This document shows positions 47,548 to 55,189 of a stretch of 64,000 nt of DNA, piece after piece (position 1 is the first letter of the stretch; each line of letters starts with the position of its first letter). Where the stretch lies: positions 38,026-102,025 of the forward strand of contig JANPER010000185.1 of NCBI GenBank assembly GCA_031423015.1, in the 5' to 3' direction. Both the position numbers and the translations under genes were made by a program. The notes under the pieces are model-generated. The model did no database searches. It was not told the origin of the DNA and worked only from the letters and a program-made list of their open reading frames with translations. This DNA comes from Planctomycetota bacterium (GTDB taxonomy: Bacteria; Planctomycetota; UBA1135; UBA2386).

Positions 47548-49505
47548 CCGAAGTTCCGGCGGGTCTTGATGAGCTGGAAGGGGTCAAAAGCAGGGGAAGG
47601 GCGTGATTCGTGGGCTTTGAGCGGGATGCGCCATCGTGCAGAATGTAGTCACTAAAATGGTTGCCTTGCGTCGCTGAAAGTGTATTGTTGCAGTCATGGT
47701 TAGGCGACCATCAGCCATGCACGTCGTCACGACGGAACGGCACTACAAGGACAAGGTCTACCGCAGCCACTTGCTGCGACACAGCTACCGCGAGGACGGC
47801 AAGGTCAAAAACGAGACCCTCGCCAACCTCTCGCATCTCCCTGAGGCCGTGCTCGAACTGATCAAACGGGCGCTGAATGGCGAACACTTTGTCGAAGCCA
47901 CCGAGGTCTTGGAGGTCGTGCGCTCTCGATTACACGGCGCTGTGCACGCGGTGCTCACGGCAATGAAAGCCCTCGGATTCGAGGGCCTTGTCGCCTCGCG
48001 CCCATGCCACGAGCGCTCTCTGGTGATCGCGATGGTCGCGGCGCGTGTGATCCAGCCACAAAGCAAATTGGCGACGACGCGCTGGTGGGATGACACGACA
48101 CTGCCAGCACTCCTGGGGGTGGAGGGTGCTACCGAAGACGACCTGTACTCGGCGATGGATTGGCTGCTCGATCACCAGACCGCGATCGAGAAGAAGCTTG
48201 CGGCCCGCCATCTCTGCGAGGGCGGCCTGGTTCTCTATGACCTGAGCTCGAGCTACTTCGAGGGCAGTTGCTGCCCACTCGGAGCCCTTGGACACAGCCG
48301 CGACGGCAAGAAGGGAACGCTCCAAGTCAACTATGGGCTCGTCACCGATGCGCTTGGCTGCCCAGTCGCAGTCTCCGTGTTCAAGGGAAACACCAACGAC
48401 AGCAAAACGCTTTTGCCGGCGGTCAAGCAGGTGCAGAACCGCTTTGGCATCGAGAGCCTCGTGATCGTCGGCGACCGTGGCATGATCACTCAGAAGCAGA
48501 TCGACGAGCTGAGCCTCGACAACGGCATCGACTGGATCACCGCTCTGCGATCCACGAGCATCCAGCAGCTGGTCACTGGGGGGCACATCCAGCTCGGCCT
48601 GTTCGACGACCGCAACCTGTTCGAGATCAAGCACCCCGACTTCCCTGGCGAGAGGCTGGTCGCTTGCCGCAACGCAGATCTTGCCGTGCGCCGCACGAAC
48701 AAGCGGGACTCCCTGCTTCAGGCCACCGACAAACTCCTCCAGAAGATCTGCACGCGTGTGGAATCGGGGAGGCTGCGCGGCGCCGCCAAGATTGGGGTCG
48801 CAGTCGGCAAGCTCGTCGACAAGCACAAAGTCGGCAAGCACTTCGACATCGAGATCGCCGACTCCAAGCTGAAATGCACGATCAACAAGGACCGCGTGAA
48901 AACCGAGGCGACGCTGGATGGCATCTACATCATTCGCACCAGCCTGAACAAGAAGCAGTTGGACGCGCCCAGTGTTGTCCGCTCCTACAAAAGGTTGGCT
49001 CAAGTCGAGCGCGCGTTTCGCTCGCTCAAAACCGTCGACCTGCATGTCCGGCCGATCTTCCACTGGAACGAGGACCGCGTCCGCGCCCACATCTTCCTCT
49101 GCATGCTCGCGTACTACGTCCAGTACCACATGCAGGAAGCCTGGCGCTCCTTGCTGTTCTTTGACGAGACGGCGTGGATCACGGAGAGCGACGATCCCGT
49201 GGCACCTGCGCGCAGGTCGGCGGCCGCCGATGCGAAGGCGCTGACCAAGCAGACCGACGATGGCGAGCGCGCGCATAGCTTCCGCACGTTGCTCGGCAGC
49301 TTGGCGACGATCGTCTCCAACGAGTGCAGGCCAAAGCACAGCAAGACCGCACCAACGTTTCAGATCGTCACCACCCCGAGCAAAGAGCAACGAAAGGCCA
49401 TCGATCTGTTGACTGTGCTCACCGCGTAGTCAGAACGTGCACACTGTCGCTGACGTAGATTCAGACATGCGCAGGACTTGCGACCGAAGCCTTTTGGAAC
49501 TTCGG
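47548..49505 (+). mobile_element. IS1634-family (IS4 superfamily) insertion sequence
   Basis: Perfect 10-bp terminal inverted repeats: CCGAAGTTCC (47548-47557) and GGAACTTCGG (49496-49505). They are flanked by the 6-bp direct repeat GTTAGG (47542-47547 and 49506-49511). One transposase ORF. GC is visibly lower than in the flanks. Confidence 0.85.
47696..49429 (+). CDS. IS1634-family DDE transposase
   Basis: 577 aa. N-terminus ...KDKVYRSHLLRHSYREDGKVKNETLANLSHLP is typical of this family. DDE region ...LVLYDLSSSYFEG...IVGDRGMITQ...LAQVERAFRSLK. Confidence 0.9.
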   Translation: MVRRPSAMHVVTTERHYKDKVYRSHLLRHSYREDGKVKNETLANLSHLPEAVLELIKRALNGEHFVEATEVLEVVRSRLHGAVHAVLTAMKALGFEGLVASRPCHERSLVIAMVAARVIQPQSKLATTRWWDDTTLPALLGVEGATEDDLYSAMDWLLDHQTAIEKKLAARHLCEGGLVLYDLSSSYFEGSCCPLGALGHSRDGKKGTLQVNYGLVTDALGCPVAVSVFKGNTNDSKTLLPAVKQVQNRFGIESLVIVGDRGMITQKQIDELSLDNGIDWITALRSTSIQQLVTGGHIQLGLFDDRNLFEIKHPDFPGERLVACRNADLAVRRTNKRDSLLQATDKLLQKICTRVESGRLRGAAKIGVAVGKLVDKHKVGKHFDIEIADSKLKCTINKDRVKTEATLDGIYIIRTSLNKKQLDAPSVVRSYKRLAQVERAFRSLKTVDLHVRPIFHWNEDRVRAHIFLCMLAYYVQYHMQEAWRSLLFFDETAWITESDDPVAPARRSAAADAKALTKQTDDGERAHSFRTLLGSLATIVSNECRPKHSKTAPTFQIVTTPSKEQRKAIDLLTVLTA

Positions 49506-49535
49506 GTTAGGGCTACGTCGGGGTCGGAGCTTCAC

Positions 49536-49557
49536 CCGCACGCCGATTGGCGTGCGG
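49536..49557 (+). terminator. strong hairpin CCGCACGCC-GATT-GGCGTGCGG right of the IS
   Basis: Read directly. 9-bp perfect stem, 4-nt loop, no U-tract. Confidence 0.3.
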
Positions 49558-49640
49558 CCGCGGACTCGGAGGAAGCCCACGCAGCCGGGCGCCCCCTGGC
49601 ACCTACCGATCCAACGGCTACGCTCACGCCACTCTCAGCC

Positions 49641-50192
49641 ATGCACATCGGCCGACTTCCAGGCGCCTTGATCGAGCGTGTCCCAGCGCCTTCGCCGTCT
49701 CCTCGTCCCCTCGTGACGCGTCGCCGTTTTGCTTCCATCGTACTCGGGGCAGTCGCCACGACGGGCCTGGGTTGGTGGGCTGTTCGCGTGTACCGCGGCA
49801 ACTCCGCTGGTCCGGGCTTTGCGCCGGCAAAGAACGAACGGTCGGTAGCGATCCCGCGGCGGGGCACGCTGGATTGGGCTCTCGCGCTTGCCGACGCAGA
49901 CCCCGGCGTGCTGCTGCCCGCTGCCGGAGACTTGGAGCGCGTGGCGGCGCGGCAGTCCGGTGACCAGCGTCTCATTCCGGTCTTCTGTCGCGTGCTCGAC
50001 CTCGCGCTTCTCTCCAATGCCGGCTTTGCCGACAGCGCGGCGGCGTGCGCGTTGCGCTCCCTCGTCTTGTTCCGTGCGACGGACCAAGTGGAAGCGCGGC
50101 GCGGGGGGATCATGCAGCGACGCGAGTTCGAGCAGGCGAATCGGGAGTTGGAGGCCGCGACGGCGACGCGACGCAGAGGTGCTGGACGATGA
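49641..50192 (+). CDS. hypothetical exported/membrane-anchored protein (possible Tat-type signal)
   Basis: Internal ATG of ORF 49437..50192. TRRRFASIVLGAVATTGLGWWA resembles a twin-arginine signal or anchor. Confidence 0.45.
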   Translation: MHIGRLPGALIERVPAPSPSPRPLVTRRRFASIVLGAVATTGLGWWAVRVYRGNSAGPGFAPAKNERSVAIPRRGTLDWALALADADPGVLLPAAGDLERVAARQSGDQRLIPVFCRVLDLALLSNAGFADSAAACALRSLVLFRATDQVEARRGGIMQRREFEQANRELEAATATRRRGAGR

Positions 50193-50461
50193 CCATTGCG
50201 CGGCGTTCGCCCGACGAAGGCAGTCGCTTTCGTATTCAGCCTGACCCACCCGTTGCCGGTAAAGCCGCCGAGGTGACGTACCTCGGGCCTGCCCGCGAAG
50301 TGGAGTGGCAGGTCGACGACGGAACGTCCGTGCAGGCACAGCCGGACGCCAATGGCAAGTTCCAGATCGACCCGGTTCCCTCGGGCCGCAGCCTCATGCT
50401 CTCGGACAACCTGGGCCTGCCCGGCTATCTACAGAGTCGCATCCAAGAGACCTTCCGGTAG
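50189..50461 (+). CDS. small hypothetical protein (beta-rich)
   Basis: Internal ATG 50189 (ATGA overlap): MTIARRSPDEGSRFRIQPDPPVAGKAAEVTYLGPAREVEWQVDDGTSV... Confidence 0.4.
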   Translation: MTIARRSPDEGSRFRIQPDPPVAGKAAEVTYLGPAREVEWQVDDGTSVQAQPDANGKFQIDPVPSGRSLMLSDNLGLPGYLQSRIQETFR

Positions 50462-50468
50462 CCACATC

Positions 50469-51599
50469 ATGCAACGCCCCGCTCTGTCACTCCGACTCGT
50501 TGCCCGCGAGATCGTTGCAGTCGCGACCGTGCTCGCCACGGCTGCCGTGACAGCGCAGAGCCATCTGGTGGTGCCACCCCTGGCTGCGACCGCTGAAGCT
50601 AATGGCGTGGAGTTCTGGGCCGCCGGTCCGTTCAGTGCGCGCCGGCAAGTCGTGCTCGACGCATCGTGGCTGCAGGCCGCGGTGGGGCGAGGCTTCACTG
50701 CCATCGCCGTCCGGCGCAACCAAGGCACGGCGGACGATCAGGTGGCGGGTCGACTGTTGCTCGACATCGATCTCGCGCACGCATCGACCGCACCCCCCAA
50801 CGCGTCGGGGAGCTTTGCCGCCAACCGGGGCCCGAATGCGACCAACGTCTTTGCCGGCCTCGTCGCGTTCCCGGCGGCGCCGGCCGCACCGACGACGCCA
50901 GCGCCATGGCAAGCGCCTTACGCGGTGACGATTCCGTTCACGACTCCGTTCGCCTATCGCGGCGGCCCGCTGGTCGTCGAGACGGTGACACGCCCGCTGT
51001 CTGGTCCCTCCGGCCAGAACCCGTGGTGGCCGATCGACGCCGTGATCGGGGCGTCGACCGGTTCAGTGCGGAGCGTGGGGTGGGGGTGTCTGGCGGCTGG
51101 CACCGAGCCGGCAGCCGGAGCCGAGCTGGGATCTGTCAGTCTTGGCGCGACCGCGGTGTTCTGGCTGCGCGGACAGATGCAAGCTGGACCCGCCACCTGC
51201 CTCCTCGGCGGCGACAACCGCAGCTATCAAGGCCTGCCGCTGCCGCTCGATCTTACGGTGATCGGCATGCCAGGCTGTGTGCTCTACAACGACATCGCCA
51301 CTGCCGTACCTTCGCTGCTGACGCCATGGCCACTCCGACCCGACACGCTCGCGACGGTTGAGGTTCCGGTCCCGCAGGACGCGGCGCTTGCCGGCGCTTC
51401 GCTGTTCGCCCAGTGGCTCGTCCCGAACATCGGCGGCAGAGCGATCCGGCTGGAGACGAGCAACGGTGTGGAGGCGGTGATCGGTGCTCTGCCGGCCAAC
51501 CCCGGCGCGGCATGGATCGAGGGGATCGGCCCCTATGCAATCAGAGGTCGGGTGCTGCATGACCGCTGCCCGGTCTTGCGGCTAGACTACTGGCCGTAA
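50469..51599 (+). CDS. secreted hypothetical protein with shared C-terminal module
   Basis: Internal ATG of ORF 50352..51599. Signal peptide ...ATVLATAAVTAQ. The C-terminal part contains PLDLTVIGMPGCVLYN...VPVPQDAALAGASLFAQW. Confidence 0.7.
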   Translation: MQRPALSLRLVAREIVAVATVLATAAVTAQSHLVVPPLAATAEANGVEFWAAGPFSARRQVVLDASWLQAAVGRGFTAIAVRRNQGTADDQVAGRLLLDIDLAHASTAPPNASGSFAANRGPNATNVFAGLVAFPAAPAAPTTPAPWQAPYAVTIPFTTPFAYRGGPLVVETVTRPLSGPSGQNPWWPIDAVIGASTGSVRSVGWGCLAAGTEPAAGAELGSVSLGATAVFWLRGQMQAGPATCLLGGDNRSYQGLPLPLDLTVIGMPGCVLYNDIATAVPSLLTPWPLRPDTLATVEVPVPQDAALAGASLFAQWLVPNIGGRAIRLETSNGVEAVIGALPANPGAAWIEGIGPYAIRGRVLHDRCPVLRLDYWP

Positions 51600-51651
51600 C
51601 GCGAAGCGGCATGCACATGCCTCACGCATCGACCGACGATGGGACGAGTCT

Positions 51652-52197
51652 GTGGCGTCACTGAACCTGAAGCTCTTCTATCTGCGCACGCGTGAGAAGG
51701 GGCTGAGCCAGCAAGCCGTCGCCGACGCGCTGGACGTGCGTCAGGCGACCGTCTCGCATCTCGAGCGCGGCCAGTCGTCACCGACGGCGGCGCTCCTGCT
51801 GAGTCTGTGTCTTTTCTTCGACGTCACGCCGACCTGGCTCCTCGACGAGGAGCGAGACATCCCGCCGCTGCCCACCGAGCGTTGGACGCTGCGCAACGGG
51901 CTGCTCACCGTAGGCATGTGGATCGAGGCGCCAGCGAAGGCAATCGTGCGCTTGCGTGGCGGGCGGGCGCTGTGTCCTCTGCTGCCGGACGCCGCGTTCT
52001 TCGACGACGAGGCGGCCCAGATTCGGCGCAGCGAGAAGGGCGAGCGCGCGATTCGCGCCGCGATCGCGACGCTGGCCGAGCAGCGCGCGGAGCTGCATGC
52101 CAAGCTCGCGGCCGAGCTGGCGGCGGAGCAAACAGTTCACCCGCGTCAGCGCGACGGTACAGCGCCGCCTGCGCCGTCCGACCGCAAGACGTCCTAG
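51652..52197 (+). CDS. XRE-family helix-turn-helix transcriptional regulator
   Basis: 181 aa, GTG start. HTH: LSQQAVADALDVRQATVSHLERGQSSP. Confidence 0.8.
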   Translation: MASLNLKLFYLRTREKGLSQQAVADALDVRQATVSHLERGQSSPTAALLLSLCLFFDVTPTWLLDEERDIPPLPTERWTLRNGLLTVGMWIEAPAKAIVRLRGGRALCPLLPDAAFFDDEAAQIRRSEKGERAIRAAIATLAEQRAELHAKLAAELAAEQTVHPRQRDGTAPPAPSDRKTS

Positions 52198-52355
52198 CAG
52201 TGCGTCGACGAGGCTGCATCGTTCTGCTTCGCAAGGGGGCCCAGGGTGCCGACGAGCGGGCGAGCCACGCTAGCGATCTGCCGATCTCCGGCCCGTTTGA
52301 CATGCATAAGTAGACCGTATAATCTGACGGCCTCGCACCGTGTCGGCGCAATCGA

Positions 52356-55178
52356 ATGCGGTCGCCGCGGACCTCCTCTCTCCTCGCGTGCCCCTCGGAA
52401 GGGCACGATCGCCCCCCTGCCGTGCCCCTCTCCGTCGACTCCGCCGGACTACGAACCGTGCCGCCGCGGTACGCGCTCCCACCCAGCCCCTGGCTCGTGC
52501 GCACCGCGATCGCGCTGGCTGCGGCCTTCTGCATCGTCTACGCCGCCGCGGTCGCGCCGTCGTTGATCGATGCGAACTTGAGCGCGACGACGCGCGCATT
52601 CCTGACCGGCAAGCTGGTCACCGAATTGGTGTTCAGCCTGCCGGCGGCCACGATGATCCTGGTCGCCGTCGTCTACCTCTTCCGGCCCGGGCGCCCGCGC
52701 AAGTACTTGGAACCGCGCGAACGCCCGCCGATCGGCGTCATCTATCTCTGCTGCGGCGACTTCGATCGCGACGCCCTCGCGAGCTTGGCTCGACTCCAGT
52801 ACGACGGCGACGTCTATCTCGTCATTCACGACGATGCGCGCCTGCCGGACCGCGGCGTGGAGACGCTGGTGGCCACGCTGCCGGTGCGGCCGAACCTGCG
52901 CGTGCACATCCTGCGTCGGCCCGAGCACACCGGCGGCAAGCCGGGCGCGGTCAACTACGTGCTGCGCGAAGTCGGGCACCAGTTCGAGTTCTTCCTGCTG
53001 TGCGACAACGACTCGCACGCGCTCGATCCCGGCTGTCTGACCCGTCTGCTGGCGCCCATGGCCGACCCCGCCGTCGCCGCCGTGCAGGCGCGCAACGTGG
53101 CGATCGACGATCGCGACTACGGCGCGGTGAATCGGGTGCTGTGTCAGGCCATCGACGTGTTCCACTTGTTCCTCGACATCGGGCAGCGCTTCGGCTGGAC
53201 TCCGTTCGTCGGTCACAACGCTCTCGTGCGGCGCCGCGCGCTCGAAGAGGTCGGCGGCTTCACGCCCGGGTGCTTCGCGGATGACATCGACCTGACCGTC
53301 CGCCTCAACCTGCGCGGCCAACGCGTGGTCTACGCTGGCGACGTATCGTTCGGCGAGAAGCACCCGCCGTCGTACGCGGCCTTCCGCCGCCGGACCTACA
53401 AGTGGGCGCGCGGCAGCGCGCAGGTCTTGCGCCAGCACGCTCTCGCCGTGTTGCGGTCACGCGAGATGACCCTCGCCGAGAAGTGGGGCTTCTTCACCTT
53501 CATCGGCTTCTACACGCAGCAGACGCTGCTGCTGCTCTACGTCGCCGCGCTGTATCTGGCGGGGCCGTTCGTGCTGCCGCGGTCGAACTTCAACCTCGCC
53601 GCCACGGTCATGGCCGGCTCGATCATTCCAGTCTTGATCTTTCTGCCCGTGCTCGTGTTCGCACTGCGTCACGGCCGACTGCGCACTCTGCCGGCGTTCC
53701 TCGCCACCTGTTGGCTCGGCTACGGCGCCACCGACTTCCCGACAGCGCGCGGGACACTCGGCGGTCTGCTGCGTCGGCGCGAGCGGGCCTGGGTGCCGAC
53801 CAACACGATCCCGGCCGACGGGATCACGACGCCGCTGTTGCTCGAGGCCGGGTTCGGGGTGCTGCTCTTGCTGTTGCCGTTGCTGGTGTTCCCACCGCTG
53901 CTGGCGACGCCGCTCACCTTCGTCATCGCGCTCAAGTTCCTGTTCATCCCGACCATGGCGATCGTCTACAGCGATGTGCCGGTGCCCGTACGCCTGCCGC
54001 GGCTCCGGCGGTTCGCGGTCGCGGGCGCGTTGCTGTTGCTTTGCCTGTCGCTCAGCGCGACGCAGCCGTCCATGCAACCGGTCGAACAGGTGCAGGTACG
54101 CGGCAAGGACATCGTCGTCGGCGGCCAGCCCTACGTCGTGCAGGGCGTGCACTATGGGCCCTGGCCGCCGGGGACAGGTCCAGGGCGCAGCGAGTACCCG
54201 TCGGCAGCCACGATCGAGGCCGACATGCAGATCCTCGACGAGCTGCATGCCAACACCTTGCTCGTCTACGACCCGCCGCGCTACGTGCTCGACGTCGCCT
54301 GGCGACACGGGTTGCGCGTGCTCTGCGCGGCGTGGATCGAATGGCCGGGCTTCGCCACCGATGCTTTCGCACCGCGTCGAGCCGAGATCCTCACGCACGT
54401 TGCAGGGTTGCGCGATCATCCGGCGCTGCTCGGTTGGGTGCTCGGCAACGAGATCCCTGCCTGGGTCATCGCCGAGCGCAGCGCCGAGCGGGTCGCTGGC
54501 GCCCTGGGCGAGCTCTACCGCGCGGTCAAGGTGGTCGACGCAAACCACTTCGTCACGCACGCCAACTGGCCCAACGCCAGAAGCCTCGACCTCTCCTTCT
54601 TCGACGTCTGCGCGTTCAACGTGTACGCGCTGTGGCCACCCGAGGTCGTGGCGCAGGGCTACGGCAGCTTCATCCGCGATGTGCTGCAACCGATCGCCGG
54701 TAACCGACCGCTGTTGATCACCGAGTTCGGCACCAATGCACTGGAGGCCGGCGAGGACGGACAAGCGCGGCTCGACCGCGCGTGCTGGGACGGCCTGCGC
54801 GCCGCCGGCGCGGTCGGCGGCTTCGTGTTCGAGTTCGCTGACGAGTGGTGGAAGAACTACTCCAACCCGAAGCTCGAGGGCGCCTGGTGGGACAGAGTCG
54901 ACGTGCTCGACGACCACCTGCGGCACGACCGCGATCCCGAAGAGTACTACGGCCTGGTGACCGGGGACCGCCAGCGCAAGCCGGCGTTCGCCGCGATCGC
55001 CGCCATGTACCGCGGTGATCCGCCGGCGCCTGTCGCCACCGGAACCAGCACGTGGATGTCTGGGATCACCCTCGCCGTCGGCGCCGCCATGCTCCTCTCG
55101 CTCCTGAGCTTGGTCGTCGCCGTGCGGCACAACAACCGACGCCTGGCATCGCAGGCAGCAGACAGCAGTTCACCTTGA
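52356..55178 (+). CDS. multidomain polysaccharide synthase: GT2 glycosyltransferase - polytopic membrane region - clan GH-A-like glycoside hydrolase domain - C-terminal TM
   Basis: 940 aa. GT2 motifs CCGDFD, LLCDNDSH (DxD), FADDIDL, RRRTYKWARG (QxxRW-like). About 5 TM helices follow. The TIM-barrel-like domain has LGWVLGNEIP (acid/base candidate) and LLITEFGTN (nucleophile candidate). Terminal TM ITLAVGAAMLLSLLSLVVAV. Confidence 0.85.
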   Translation: MRSPRTSSLLACPSEGHDRPPAVPLSVDSAGLRTVPPRYALPPSPWLVRTAIALAAAFCIVYAAAVAPSLIDANLSATTRAFLTGKLVTELVFSLPAATMILVAVVYLFRPGRPRKYLEPRERPPIGVIYLCCGDFDRDALASLARLQYDGDVYLVIHDDARLPDRGVETLVATLPVRPNLRVHILRRPEHTGGKPGAVNYVLREVGHQFEFFLLCDNDSHALDPGCLTRLLAPMADPAVAAVQARNVAIDDRDYGAVNRVLCQAIDVFHLFLDIGQRFGWTPFVGHNALVRRRALEEVGGFTPGCFADDIDLTVRLNLRGQRVVYAGDVSFGEKHPPSYAAFRRRTYKWARGSAQVLRQHALAVLRSREMTLAEKWGFFTFIGFYTQQTLLLLYVAALYLAGPFVLPRSNFNLAATVMAGSIIPVLIFLPVLVFALRHGRLRTLPAFLATCWLGYGATDFPTARGTLGGLLRRRERAWVPTNTIPADGITTPLLLEAGFGVLLLLLPLLVFPPLLATPLTFVIALKFLFIPTMAIVYSDVPVPVRLPRLRRFAVAGALLLLCLSLSATQPSMQPVEQVQVRGKDIVVGGQPYVVQGVHYGPWPPGTGPGRSEYPSAATIEADMQILDELHANTLLVYDPPRYVLDVAWRHGLRVLCAAWIEWPGFATDAFAPRRAEILTHVAGLRDHPALLGWVLGNEIPAWVIAERSAERVAGALGELYRAVKVVDANHFVTHANWPNARSLDLSFFDVCAFNVYALWPPEVVAQGYGSFIRDVLQPIAGNRPLLITEFGTNALEAGEDGQARLDRACWDGLRAAGAVGGFVFEFADEWWKNYSNPKLEGAWWDRVDVLDDHLRHDRDPEEYYGLVTGDRQRKPAFAAIAAMYRGDPPAPVATGTSTWMSGITLAVGAAMLLSLLSLVVAVRHNNRRLASQAADSSSP

Positions 55179-55189
55179 CCGAACACACC

